The position numbers were made by a program, and so were the translations under genes. Shown one piece after another: positions 35,153 to 48,185 of a DNA stretch of 64,000 bases. Each line of letters opens with the position of its first letter. Position 1 is the first letter of the stretch. Source of the DNA: Hydrolagus affinis (taxonomy: Eukaryota); assembly GCA_012026655.1 (NCBI GenBank), contig JAAILG010000040.1, positions 1 through 64,000 of the forward strand. Direction: 5' to 3'. A model generated the notes under the pieces. It ran no database searches and was not told the DNA's origin. It worked only from the letters and a program-made list of their open reading frames with translations.

Positions 35153-37199
35153 TAAATGCTTATTAAACCCCATAGAAATAACGAATAGTCAACTTTAATG
35201 TAATTCACATGTTGGATATTGAACAACATTGGTGCCTATTCTTCGACTGGGAAGTCCTCAGTGTGTACTGTGTTGGGCTTTATGCTGTCAGGTGTCTGGC
35301 CTCGAATCAGAAGCCTCGAATCAGACACTTGCTGCGCATTTCCGTCCCAATGACACCAGGATTGATTGTACTGTCGAGAGCCCTAGCTCCTGCTTCCTGA
35401 TGCTAATGGAGAGGAACAGCTTCACAAAATGTCTGTCACCTAGCTGCCGCTAATCAGCAAGTTGACAGCATTAAACACGGTAACAAAGCAGGACTGGAGG
35501 CATGCGTGGATGAATTGTTATCGCCCTTTATAACAGTCAGAATAGTGTCGTTCTTTTATCGGATCATACTTCCTTTTAATGAAATGGAAACTTTGAAAAA
35601 ACAATTAGCTGATTTTGTTCACGACAGATAAGAGCATTGCTAATTGACTCTGAAGAATATGACAAACCACATCATATTCGAATGAAAGACTTGGCTTGTT
35701 GGTGCAAGATGAAATGTTTTATCAGGTTTACCATACGCGTGCAAATGACGGAAACTCCGGGATGTAATGAGCTTTCCTGGATGACTGAAAGTAATGTGCT
35801 ATTGCTTTAAACAACGGTGCTCTTTTAGCATTCATCAAAGATGAGATCAGGCACACAATTTTATATCATATAATACAAACAACATTAATAATGAAGAAAC
35901 AATAGCTTTGGTGCTAATGAATTAACAAGAGTTTTGTTTGGGTTTTTTTGTTGGAATTATTGTCAGTGAAAGCTACGCAGCATAATCATTTGAGTTGTTT
36001 TTTTCCTGTTATTCCTCAGGTCGGGTATGACTGGTCTAATGAGGTTTTGAGCGTCTAAAGGGAAGGGATATCAACATTGTGGAAGCCCCATTATTTCACA
36101 AATTTGCATTTACTTGGAGTTGCATTTTAAGACTCAGGTGTTTCTCATCAATCAGGAGCTGAACCTATCTACACTGAGATCATTGTGAGCCAGCTCTCCT
36201 ACTGGGGTTAAGTAAAGTCATTCTACTTCTCCAGCCCTAGCTGTAGTAGCAATCAGCCATCAGTGTCTTGCGTGCCAGCCTGTTTGGACGAACCGTCACG
36301 TTCAATAGCAGACTGAGACAATCGCTGAAAAATAATACAGGTAGAGGTAGGCTACGTGAAGCAGAATGACTTCAGGAGCAATTTATATCATTATTGTTAT
36401 TACCCGATACTGCCTTGAGACAGCTCGGCAGCGTCAGATGGAACAGGTGTATTCCCTTATGCTTTAGAACAACATTGGCCGCTCTGTACCATTTACACTG
36501 GAATACAGCAGCGACGGCACTTTTATTGCCAGCGTACTCGTCCTCTCGACTCTGGGTGCAAAGATAGCAAAAGGAAAATTCAGATCTTTCTACGAATGCA
36601 GTGATCTTGGTTTTATTGCTGGATTTTGCAGACAAGTCTGGATATAGAATAAATAGGCAAATACCTTTTTCTGACGGCCAGGTATTAAGAGAGGATTTAG
36701 ACTTCATTTTTGCTGGGTCCCAGTCTTAATCTAGCTCAGTATATAAAAATACATTCTGGGATTAGGTGAATTTGCCCCAGTTAAGATACAGGTTTGAAGC
36801 AGGACAGCTGTGTGGGACTTGATTTGAAATACACTCCATTTTGATGGATTATTCATTAGTTTTGAAGTTGACAGAGCTTACAGTGCGAGAGCATAGTGGT
36901 GACATACAAAAATTAATCCAGTTGGTGTTCGGCTTGAACAGCAACAATGCTTTCGGAATGTTATTTCTGAAGACGGTGGTTGTTTTGAGAGCGTAATAAA
37001 GCAATGGCAGGTTTCAAACTGTTCTGCACAGATGAAAAGCACCTCTGAGTGCCGGACATCAGAAATTGTCAAACGTAAAGTGCAGGATATGTGCAGCCCT
37101 GGGAAATAGCTTCACACATGCTTACATGAGAGGAAGAGGTAAAGATGTAAAGACAAACAGCCGGCAGTGTTGCACCATTCTTTAGGAATGCTAAAATTT

Positions 37200-37550
37200 A
37201 TAAGAACATGAGAAATGCTAGACAAAAATAAGACCAAGATCCGCCTAGTTCGCCTTCCACCTTCCTGGCGGTCGCATGGTCTTATCTCCCGGACTAACTA
37301 TGTACCATCTAACCTAATATTAGATGTTATTTCTTAAAAGAAAAATATCTAATCTGTGTTTGAATTAATCAACATTTCCTGCTTCAGCCGTCTCTCAAGG
37401 GAACCTGTTTCACCGATTTACTGTTCGCTCACTAAAATAGTGTTTTTGTAGATCCACTCTACAATTTCCCCCCCCCTCACTTCAATCGAAGCTTGTGAAC
37501 TGTTTTACTATTCTGGACTAGTTGAAACTGCCTGTTATGATCTACATTAT
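37200..37550 (-). mobile_element. CR1 LINE 3' end (second subfamily)
   Basis: taagaacatgagaaatgctagac..agaccaagatccgcctagttcgccttc; atatctaatctgtgtttgaa; gggaacctgtttcaccgatttac (W-N-x-L-P region). Confidence 0.65.
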
Positions 37551-39158
37551 CAGTTGAAAGGGAGGTGGGTTGTGGTGGGGCATGCAACATGCATCTCACT
37601 GTGACATTTCAGCAAGGTAATGGGAAGCTGTGTGAACTCTAGCCTCCAGAAACCAGGCAAACTCCAAACCCACATCCTATTTCCATGTAAACTATGATGC
37701 CAGCAATTTTTTTTTTGGGGGGGGTTAGGTGGTGGAGGAGGGAGAAGTGGGAAAGGATCTATCAAAAATTCCAGGTCAGTTCATGTTGGTCAACAGTCAC
37801 AGAGAGATTAATTCTGCAGGTGTAAACCTCTTATTGAAGGATCACACTGGGGACTGTTAAGCTGCCACTCTCCGCTGACTGAGCTATGCTTTTCCAGCAT
37901 TTTATTTTGGATTTTTTTTCAGCTCCCCACTAACAAGGTTCAAATCTTCTCTGTGCTTAACTTAACTATTTCTGTGCCTTGCCTTGACCTTATCTTCATG
38001 CTGTTTTTACCATTTACGTTTCCAGCTGATCTTTAAAAAATGCTCAACGTACACTGCTGTACAAAAAATATTTAAAATAAGAAATATTTAACATATATAT
38101 TAATTTCTTGGACACGTATTCCACAAAGGCTCTCAGCGAAAGGGAGAGGACGGAACTGTATTATGGTCGTGAGTAAACCATGTTAAAACAGACACAATCA
38201 TTACTTAGTGTTCAAGATTCCTTAAAATGTTAAGATGACAAAGCTTTGGCTGTTAGAGGCTTGGATTCAGGGCTTGATAAATCTGTGTTGCCACCTTATG
38301 ATGACCAACAAGCCTACAGTCTGGAAAGCAAATGAATTTGTGGTGGAAGGAGCAATTTATTTTCAGGAGAAACAGCACTTCAGACCCGTATGTATTATTG
38401 ATTAAGGGATAAACATTCAGCATAATTTGACCTTTCGTTCAATAGGCAGAAAGTTAAGGCCAACAGCAACCAGCTCACCTGGGATTCAAAGATAGATTAC
38501 GCCTACACTGTTTCTTTGGATTTAGATACAGACTCGCCCACTTCCGACCCCAATAAAACAGAGACAAATGGCTTTGGTAGCATTCATTGCCAATGGCTAA
38601 TATTAGATGAGTTTGGATACTTCTCGCTCATCCCTCAACACAATAAAATTATTCGCCATCTAAACTGTTGGGAGAATTTAAGGATCACAGCAAGGTGAAG
38701 GCAACAACCTCCATTTGGGCCACTTTGTTACCTTTAATACAATTTGATTTCCCTTCATATTGCACCGGAGACACAGAGCCCTGTTCATTTCATTCCGGGG
38801 CCAGGTCAACTCTCGGCAAATCCAGCAGCCAAGGAACCAGAGTAATTTGGGGGTTCATTAGACTATACCCAATTGCAGTGAAGTCAATAAATGCATCCTG
38901 GTTAACTACATAATGTATTGAAAATGTGACCTTGTTTTGAATGAAGTGAACGTGTGACTAACTGAGAACACACTTTAAACCTATCTGCCCTGACTCGGTT
39001 TTGATCTTTCCTTTCTCCTCCCTCCTCGTTTCATTTTTCAGCAGATTTCATTGGGAAATCACCTTCAATTAAGAGATGAACTGTGCTTTCCAACAAACTC
39101 TGTAGAAATATTGTTCAGTTCTTTTACAAACGCGACAGAATAAGGACCCAGTACTTAC

Positions 39159-39290
39159 CAGAATATTTTCCTCCTTTGTTTCTCTTTATGAAGCAGGCAA
39201 TTAGCAGAATGAGGGTAAGCAGAGCAATGGCACACATTAAGCCAATAAACCATCCTTGCGTAGATATTCCTCCATGAATTCCAGCATATG
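39159..39290 (-). CDS. chl1: CHL1-like transmembrane exon (132 nt)
   Basis: cctacaacag|CATATGCT...TATTCTG|gtaagt; reads (A)[43 protein letters not shown], closest to CHL1 [26 protein letters not shown]...GGKYS. Confidence 0.96.
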
Positions 39291-40552
39291 CTGTTGTAGG
39301 TCATATAATTAATCATTAAGAAAAGAAGCAATTAGAAAAACACGGCACTTTTTAACCATCAGAAAGAGAAATATGGCGCATGACAAATTATTAACATTTT
39401 CTGCAATTGATAGATAATACATCAACATCAGTAACATTTTTACACATACACCTTATCTGGAAATAAGTGCTTTTAAAGGCTTTTCCTAACTATGTTTCAT
39501 ATATAAAATGTACAAAGTACGTGTAACTTGATAGCATGCTACAAGCAAGAAAAAATGAGTTATCATAGCCTTCGGTCTTGTAATTTTAAAACGTAAAATT
39601 TGAGTTGCCGGTAAGGAAACCATTACACTTTTTCTGGACATAACCAAGATAAAGTGTCTGAAGCAAGCTAAGTACTTTTGAAATCTGTGAATTCCGAAGG
39701 TGCACATAACTTGTATATTTTATCTTTAAAAAATAGCCTCAGAGGGAGTGAGAATTATGTTGTTTGAGTTGATATCATTGCACTTTGCCTTCGTGCTTCG
39801 TAATGTCAATCAACCTACTAAAGCAGTACATTCTGCCTTATAGTTCCATCCGAGGTATCCACAAAGCTAAATGTAATCTGAATAAAGCAAGCTGTCATAG
39901 TTATATTTATAAAACACAATAATGGGTAACACTGTGTATCATAACCGTTTTGTTTGTATTAGATAACAATTTAAGCAAATTGTTCTCGACATCTGTTGTA
40001 CACACCTGAAATTATTCAGGGAATTGAGGAGAACTCTTTGCATTAAAACAAAATGAAATTATCTTGTGCGCACATGGATACCGATTCAATTGATTTATTC
40101 AATGCTATCTTATCACAAAAATAATTCTGCTTTAACGAGCAGTAGTCATGATTGAATAATAAAGCAAAACCACAATAACCAACAAAGCAGACAGAAAGCA
40201 TCAGCAGCCCATGCATACACAATGCCAATGGAGTTAAGAGAAAGCAAGTGGACGGTCAGGAATGAAGCAAAGCAGAGAAACCCAAGACCTTTGAGAGCTG
40301 AACATCCTGTGCCAATCCAGGTTTGTCCCAACATCATATAATTTCATGAGATTAAAGACAAATCCAATGATATATTTTGGCCAAATTATTGTCAGGCAAG
40401 CTCCGCTTATAATTTAGCAAGAAAAGCTTGAATTTCATGTTTTAAAAAAAAACTTTGAAAAGCATGGGATGGATTGGGTGATGATTTTATTCTAAATTTA
40501 TGGTAGAAAACGAAATGTTCCCACTAGATTCTGAATGGGACCGATTCCTCAC

Positions 40553-40714
40553 CTTTTACCCTTGTTTCTATAACATCTTCAAAAATGCTAGTGTTATCAA
40601 ACCAGTTCTTAGTCATAAGACGGATTGAATATTCACTTCCAGGTTCTAGCCCCTCTAAGATGTGGAATTTGTTTGAAACATTTACTGCTTCTGAAATCTT
40701 CCATTTACCTTTAC
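40553..40714 (-). CDS. chl1: CHL1-like fifth FN3 domain, second half (162 nt)
   Basis: ttccatag|GTAAAG...GTAAAAG|gtgagg; reads KGKWKISEAVNVSNKFHILEGLEPGSEYSIRLMTKNWFDNTSIFEDVIETRVK. The RLMTKNW.DN.SIF.DVIETR motif is characteristic of CHL1. Confidence 0.95.
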
Positions 40715-41086
40715 CTATGGAAATTGCATTAAGAAAATTAAACGCCAATACATTTGTCGAGATTTGAAGAAATGATTGCAAGTATAATTGGATTATATCA
40801 TAAAAGTTGTGTCACATTCATTACTTTATTGGCTCTTATAATATCACCGTGAAATAGGCAATTGTAAAAGCGAAATATCTTATAAAACGATGAAACAATT
40901 TATTTTAATTTAGGATCAAAAGTTACCAAAAAGCTGACGCTAACTTGAGAATGAGTTGTATAGAAATAAACTGCATTGGTCTGCCGCATTAATCATGGAG
41001 CGTGTGGCTAGTGAAATAGGTACATTAATAGGCCCAAAGGGGATTTCACTACAATCTCTGTAAAAATTAGAGGGAGAACAGCTTAC

Positions 41087-41200
41087 GGTTATTCATGTAT
41101 GCAACATAAAATTCAGAAGCTGCATGTCCCATTCCTGGAATCCAGCTGATGTTTGCATATGTTGCACTTACAGAAGAACTGATGTTCAGCAAGACTGGAA
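41087..41200 (-). CDS. chl1: CHL1-like fifth FN3 domain, first half (114 nt)
   Basis: ttcaatag|TTCCAGTC...AATAACC|gtaagc; reads (V)PVLLNISSSVSATYANISWIPGMGHAASEFYVAYMNN(R), with FN3 B-strand W and C-strand Y; phase 1-1. Confidence 0.9.
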
Positions 41201-42190
41201 CTATTGAATAAGTAACAAGACAAGCAATATTGCATTAATGCAGGGTCGTTATTTGCAGAAACAGAAGTAAGAGAGGAAGGTTAGATTACACCGTTGCCAC
41301 CAGCATGCACACTGCAGGGCTTATAATTCATCATCAGTTATAGCAGTGCAGAGGGAACTGTTGCTGCTGATTCGATTTTGTTTTGCAAATCAGCAATAAG
41401 TGCATGTTTGCGATGGCATTCGTATTAAATTCACAGTGTGACGCACTGCGGGATGGAACATACAAACAACACGAGCACGTCGGAGAGGAATTTTTCATTT
41501 TCTTTGCAAATTCGTTTGGAACGCTCCTCCGCAAAAGGGTCTGATCCAGAGAATAATCAAATTGGAAACGGTTGCAAACGGTTGGTAACTGAACTGAGCA
41601 AAGGCAAATTCCTAACATTTCCACATTCAAGCATGAAACAAATGGAGAACAGCTCATTGTACAATGCTCCATACTGCAGTAACACGCCAGCCATAGCGCA
41701 GTCACTATGAGGGGGAGAAAAACAAGTGCTACTTCCATCTTGTTGGTTGGTCAGTTAAGGCACGTTAAGGGTACAGAATGAGACAAATGGCTAAAGCTGT
41801 TGACAAAGTAATCCAATAAGAAGCAGACTCTTTAGAGGCAATACTGTAGAAAAAATCAGTATGTTTTTATCTGTCAGCATTACTGGAACTCTGATGGAAT
41901 AATGTTTGCTATTACCCAGTTTCTCACGAAAGGCTGTGCAGATTTGCCATTAAATGCTGCACAAACAGGAATCTCATGTGCACAGGGAAATGACTGCCCA
42001 TAGAAGTGCAATTTAAACAGCAGTTTAGTATGAGCCATGTCTCCTCCAAAAAAGCCCAACATATTGCTTTTCTGGTATCTTGGCCTTTAACGTAATTCAA
42101 GGTCTTCTCAAAAGTGACTTAATCTTAATCACAACCAAAAAGAATGTTAACCGACAGTCCATTGCCTGTGCAAAGAACACATCCACTTAA

Positions 42191-42230
42191 TGTGTGGGTG
42201 TGTGTGTGAGAAAGAGAGAGAGAGAGAGAG
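42191..42230. repeat. Compound (TG)n(GA)n microsatellite
   Basis: tgtgtgggtgtgtgtgtgagaaagagagagagagagagag. Confidence 0.85.
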
Positions 42231-42939
42231 AAGAAATATCACATTGATTACAGAAGATACCCATTGTTCTTCCACATTGAGGAAAATCCAGAACCTATAC
42301 AGCCCTCAATTAGTTGCAGAGTTCTTTCTCACAGAATACACCTCTGATATAAAATGCTGTTCATTCCATGGCCATTTCTGAGTCAGGGCTTCCTAAAACA
42401 CGACCGTTAAAGATTCCATTTTCACGCCAATGCAATATCATTTATATTTTTCACTGGTGTGAAAACCCTACAGGAGCTGTGAAAAAGCTATCGTGCGCCC
42501 AAAAATCTCAATCAGATGAGCAGAGTGTATGTGTAAATTTGTTATTTTAGTCACATAGAATTAACACAACATGCAAAACCTGATGGAAACAAGTGCATTT
42601 CAGCGTTCCACGTGGCACAAACAAGACTTGTTATGCACACTTAAATTCTTATTTTTTTTAAAAAAACAATTGCTCCTTATATGTATATTTTACACATCCT
42701 GAGTTGAGGTGGAAGCAATATTATTGCAGGTACTCAAATAATTTAGCTCTCATCTACTCCCTGTGGCAAACTCGACTGTGGAGAACAGATGCATTACACA
42801 GCAGGGAGAAGTTCACAGATCTCGGTATGTTAATCGACTGTCTACAGAAAATTAAAAACTTCGTACTGTCCTATAAATATGTAACTCCGAATTTCAGGTC
42901 ATTGAAATTCAGGGTGAGATGCAACTTAGTGTGAAATAC

Positions 42940-43011
42940 CTATGGAAGACAGAGAATCATTGGCAACTGGGGAAAGGGAAGTAGTTGGAAAAGAGAAAGT
43001 AGTGGAGAAAC
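42940..43011 (-). CDS. chl1: Candidate cassette exon encoding a Ser/Thr/Pro-rich linker (72 nt)
   Basis: tttctgtgctttatttttcag|GTTTCTCC...TCCATAG|gtattt; phase 1-1, open: (G)FSTTFSFPTTSLSPVANDSLSSI. Confidence 0.6.
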   Translation of the reverse strand, partial: VSPLLSLFQLLPFPQLPMILCLP

Positions 43012-43144
43012 CTGAAAAATAAAGCACAGAAATAGGCATATGAGAATTTACAGAACAATCAACAAATAACAGGAACTCAAATAAAGGAAATATTATACCA
43101 CTTACTTAGGAGACATACAGTGCACATAAATATTAAGACACAAC

Positions 43145-43387
43145 GGGGGAGAAATTCCCATCTGGTTCTCCATTTACTCAATTTTCTCGGCGTTTCAGAC
43201 CATCCCAGAATTTGGCAAGTTCTGCAATGGAGTCATTGTAGTAGAGCTGATTTTCTGCAAGTTCTTTTCAGAAATCCAGAAAACCAGCTTCAAACTTAAC
43301 GGCGGGATTAAGGATTTGCCAAATTCGAGACGGTCTGAGATGCTACAAAAATAGAGTAAATGGAAAACCAAGTGGATTTTTCCCCCC
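43145..43387. mobile_element. MITE-like element with ~75-bp imperfect terminal inverted repeats
   Basis: gggggagaaattcccatctggttctccatttactc...cagaccatcccagaatttggcaa versus ttgccaaattcgagacggtctga...gagtaaatggaaaaccaagtggatttttcccccc. Confidence 0.78.
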
Positions 43388-44747
43388 ACTGCCCACCTTA
43401 CTGCATTTTACTCTGCGACATCAAAACATAATCAAATCTGACATCATTAAAATATTTGCAAACAGAGCAGATTAGAAATCGATTGGACTGGAGGTTTCAA
43501 ATGGCTGAGTATAATTTTACATTTTCAAATGATACAAACAAATTGTGCCCCTTTATTTCTGTAAACTGATAATTGAAGCAATCACTGTGTTTGGTATTGA
43601 ACTGTTTGCCTTGCCTTATGTTAACAGGCCAGTCTCTTGAGCACAGCGATTCCAATATTTTGCATCCAGAAACAGTTCTATCTCTAGGTTGAGCATGGGG
43701 TACCCACAAGGAACTGATTCACATAAGACAGCCCAATGAGCTCAACGTTAAGTCGATTTGAAATAATTACTATCTCCTATCACAAGGAGAGTTTGTGTTG
43801 TGTAGCTCTGCTTTAATCGAATGATTAACAACTTCTTATGCCTTTTCTCATTGGTGGGTGCAACAAACAAGTCACCTTGTAGGGACTGTGTACCTGCCTG
43901 TGTCAAAATCCATTTATTTGGCTCTGCATTAATTTGCAAAAGAAAATAACCCTGGGCCCTCGTACAAATGTGAGCATTTTCTCTGTGTTCATGCCAAAGC
44001 ATTTACTGGTCCTGGAGCACAGGAGAGAATTGGTTCCTGAGTTCTTAAATGGTTTTATTTCATTTTTACTTTTGAACCAACCAGTGCTATTTTGTGGGTG
44101 AAAAACACAAACCAGCATATTGCCAGGAGTGAATAACAAAACGTCTATTATCTTTATCTTGCTACCTTCGGGTAAAACTAGAAAACATCAATGTTTAAAA
44201 GCCATGATCCTTGTAGACTATATTTGGTTTAAAATAATTTGTCAGGTTCTATTGATTGAATTGCAGACCAAATAACTAAATTATTTTGCAATAAAACTAC
44301 TCTTTTGTATGTAAAATATAAAACATATATTATTTCCAAAGCACTGTCAAAAGCATGCAGCGGTTTACACTGAATAAGCTTCAGGTATTTGCAAGTCTAC
44401 TTAAGCTAAGATTGCTTACAGCTGTATATGAATTGCTCCTAGATTCAATGGAAGCCCATTTTGGTTAACAAGATAAGTTGCAAAGGAACAGTGATGCGCA
44501 AGTCACTCTTCTATTCATTGTTATGAGAATTCAAAGTATGAGGATATATTTGCTTCTCTCCCAATAGTATGGTAGGATTAGTGTGCTTATCTTTTGATAA
44601 TAATTGGAAACTGGATCCCCACCTGTATACGATTGCCTCTATTTGACAATTATTTAGTATTATCTAGAGCAACTCTAATTCTAGTTTATGTTAGTAATTA
44701 CTAATTGTGCTACTTGAAAATACACTACACACTAGTAGTTTCATCAC

Positions 44748-44777
44748 CTGTCTTCCTTGTGGGCAGTAGAAAATTAT
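44748..44777 (-). CDS. Weak candidate 30-nt cassette exon
   Basis: ttttgttttgcttcttccttaaag|ATAATTTTCTACTGCCCACAAGGAAGACAG|gtgatg; phase 1-1, open: (D)NFLLPTRKT. No homology support. Confidence 0.25.
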
Positions 44778-45769
44778 CTTTAAGGAAGAAGCAAAACAAA
44801 ATGGTATTAAAATATATTACAAGGCAGAATATATGACTCCTCCCTCACAACAAAACATGCTCAGAATCTCGAAACAGTGCATCATTACCAGGGAGTGCTG
44901 TAGACTGTTAAGTCATCATAGTGGAAGGATTATTTTAATTATAAATGAATTATATTGAACAGCTATGGGTTGACATAGTAACCAAAAACATTAAGCGAAT
45001 TGAAAAGCGGGTATTTTCATCTGGCTAAAACCAAATCTTTGTTTCATCTGGATTCAGGTAGCTTTGGGGATCAATTTTCATTCAGAAGGCAAAATAATGC
45101 AATCTTATTGCCATCTGTAACCTTATTCCTTTTGAGAACCCCCAATGAGAAGCCATTCAAAAGAGCACTCGAGTCACTTAGGAATGGTTTGCGAACTGTA
45201 CAATTCTATTTGAAGACAAGATAGTTTCAGTGTTTGGTGGCAGACACTTGCTTGTATTTTTCCTGCTCGAAAGGGAAGAGGGGAGATTAAACACTTTACA
45301 TATTTATATGTTTATTTTGTAAAAGTTACAGTCGGTTTTATGTCAATTTTAGAAATATTTATGCAAATTGTAGTACCTAATGTGAATTTGTAAATCTTAA
45401 GTTGACAACATTATTTGTCAGCTTTGATAGTAGTGTTGCACTCCCAAATCTGCTTATGTTGGAACCTGGTGCGTTGATTTGCCTGGCCCCATTGAGTGAG
45501 TTTTGACTGGATTTGACTATCAGCAGGCAAAAACTGTTTGGAAGGTTAGAGCACACTATCTGAAGTAGGATGGCCTGTTCAGCTCAAATACCATTGCCAC
45601 AGCTAATCAAGAAGAGATGTGCTGTTGGCAAGGGAAGTCTATGAGTTAGATTGGCTGATCTGTGTTCTACATGAAGAGAGCAGCATAAGGAATTTGGTTT
45701 GATCTGTTGAAATCTGAGTTAGGGACAAATTGAATTAAAATTTATATCTGAGGAGTTCAATGGATGATG

Positions 45770-45920
45770 GAAACGGGTTCAAAAGGAATTGGATAGCGAC
45801 TTGAACAGGAAAAATTTGTAGGGGTATGGAGGGAGTGGGATTGATTATGTAGCTGTTCCAAAAAGCACAGCAGCACAATGGACCGAATGGCCTCCTTCTG
45901 TGCTTTAATAAGTCTATGAT
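45770..45920 (+). mobile_element. CR1 LINE 3' end
   Basis: ttcaaaaggaattggatag...gggtatgga...atggaccgaatggcctccttctgtgct. Confidence 0.78.
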
Positions 45921-47879
45921 TGTTTGTTTGATAATGGAGAAAACAACCAGACATTGATATCAATTTCCAGAATATTAGAAATATTGCTCATGATTCTTAC
46001 TTACATGTTATGTCAACAGAAATTCACAGCGGTTTCACTTTCACCGACAAATTTAATCTCTTGGAAACACACAGAATTTATTGTGCTCCCACACAATTAT
46101 CAGCCCTTTTCTTGATGTCAGGCTCTTACTCCCTCTCTGTGTCTTTCTCTCTATTTTCTTGCAGGTAAACAATGCCAGTCAAAAATGGAGCATGAAAGTA
46201 AAGCCATCGTTCTGCTAGCTTCTCCAGCATATTCACATCCAATCCATACACAGAGAAAAAACTACACTGAAAATGCCTAGCATCTGATGTAACAATATTG
46301 GGAACTCTGTTCAGAGTATGTACTTGAATGAGGGAGTGGGGGTGTGGGGAAGGAAACAAGAAAAGGTGGAATACATACATTGAAGGTGAAGCAGAAAAAT
46401 ACAGTGTGATGTGACTTCTAGTTTAGGTACATGCAATATTTAAGGTTTTTGTTTTGAAAACAAACGTGCTGTGTGTTGATCCGAATGATAGAAAGCGAAG
46501 GCTGGATATATTCAAGGCTAAAAGCAGTCTTTTAAGCTTGATTGACAGATAAATCCAGGCGCCGTGAATTTTCTTTGAAAAATAGAGGCTTTCTTACAGG
46601 GTTTTTTTTTATTTCCTTTTACTTCTTATATGGTGTTCTGCTGGTAAGCCTGAGCTGCTCGCAAATACCCAGAGAGTGCAGCAATTTAATTACTAACCAC
46701 TTTGAAAACTTAATTTAATAAGTATTCTAATGCCCGTGTGTTTGCATTTACCCACATCTGTAAAACACACCTGGGGCTTGTGTGCATGTTTGCTGGTGTG
46801 AGGCAGCACCTGATAGGAATCACCTTGGGAGCATGTTTTAATTGCGTTTTGTTTTCGAGAAGAAAAGAGAAAAAAATGTTTGCGGGCATCGATCGGCCAA
46901 CTGTGTGCTCTCTCTCTCTGTTTCAAAACCTGTATCTATATGCTTTGGAGTAGAGAGAAGCCGCGCTATTGTCTCAAATGTAATTAGTCGCACCAGTGAG
47001 AAGGAAAGATTGGGAGCTCAGCTCAACTGGCAAGGCACAGCAACAAGACGTCGCTTCTCGTCCTGTGAATCACAGCAATGATTTCCTCCTGTAGCACGTC
47101 GGTAAGCAGGGCCCCTGCAATGCCAGCATTTTCTTGCCAACATCCTGTGCAAATCCAATTTTTCTTCCTCGTTCAGAAAGCACTCACACTCTCCTTGCCA
47201 GCATTTGAGCTCAAGACCTCAGCTTGCCATGGGCAAAATATTGCCACAATTTCAATTCCAAAACAGAATACATTTTGTCATTTTCAAATCAATCGGGGTT
47301 TTTATTTCGCGGTGGGGAAGAGAATTTAGTTTATGGCGCCAGTTACGTTTTACTTTATCAATGTAATACAATTGTGAGTGCAGCCAAGGCTTACTTTAAC
47401 CCCACTGTGACAAGGTGTACAAAGCAGTCCATATTTGCTTTGAGCCTCGATGTATGGATTTTATGTTAGACAACTGTGCGCTGAACTAACATCGAAAACT
47501 GAAGCAACACGGGACTATCCAAAGTTGCAGAGAAGCATAAATGAGAGAATAAAATGATGCAGTCTCCATCATTACCAAGGCGACACTACCCAAGGCCAAT
47601 CTTTTTTTACTCTTCAACCGCTCTTGAACCCTAAATGTTAATGATATTCGATTGTATGGACTTTCTGCTTCCTCTGAACTTTGCATTTATCCCTCAGTTT
47701 TATATTAGCTTTGCCTCGGACTACAGCCAAGCCCAAAACGTTTAGCCACATCCTAACCAGCCGAACACAAGAGTATTAATCTTATTAAGTTGCACTTTTA
47801 CCTCCCAGCACATTCTCCTGACACATTTGCAACAAAAGAGCTTTCCCATTACATTCCCCAATCTGCAACTCTTTTGACT

Positions 47880-48165
47880 ATTGTAGGCTTAGAAATGCTT
47901 GCCTGCCCTTGAACAGTAACAGGGCTCGCTCCATCATTTGTCCCTCTGGAACTCCATACCACAATCCTACCGCCTTGCCCGCTGCCTTGCCTCCTTTAAG
48001 ACCCTCCTCTTCTACGATGCCCTTGGTCACCCTCCTACCTCTAACCTACCCGCTGCACCCCTCCTGATCCCAAACACTAGTTCAGGTGTGGATCCCTGAC
48101 TGTCCAGTTCCTTGGGATGTCCTCCTGGTGTGAAAGGTGCTCTACAAATATAATTTGTTGTCGTT
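47880..48165 (+). mobile_element. L2 LINE 3' end
   Basis: ctctggaactccatacc..ccttgcctcctttaagaccctcctcttc...ccttgggatgtcctcctggtgtgaaaggtgc. Confidence 0.78.
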
Positions 48166-48185
48166 ATTGACACCAAGTTCTACGC

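Noticed and set aside
46140-46170. Strong polypyrimidine-CAG|GTAAAC recursive-splice-like site
   Set aside because: It is on the plus strand, antisense to the only supported gene.
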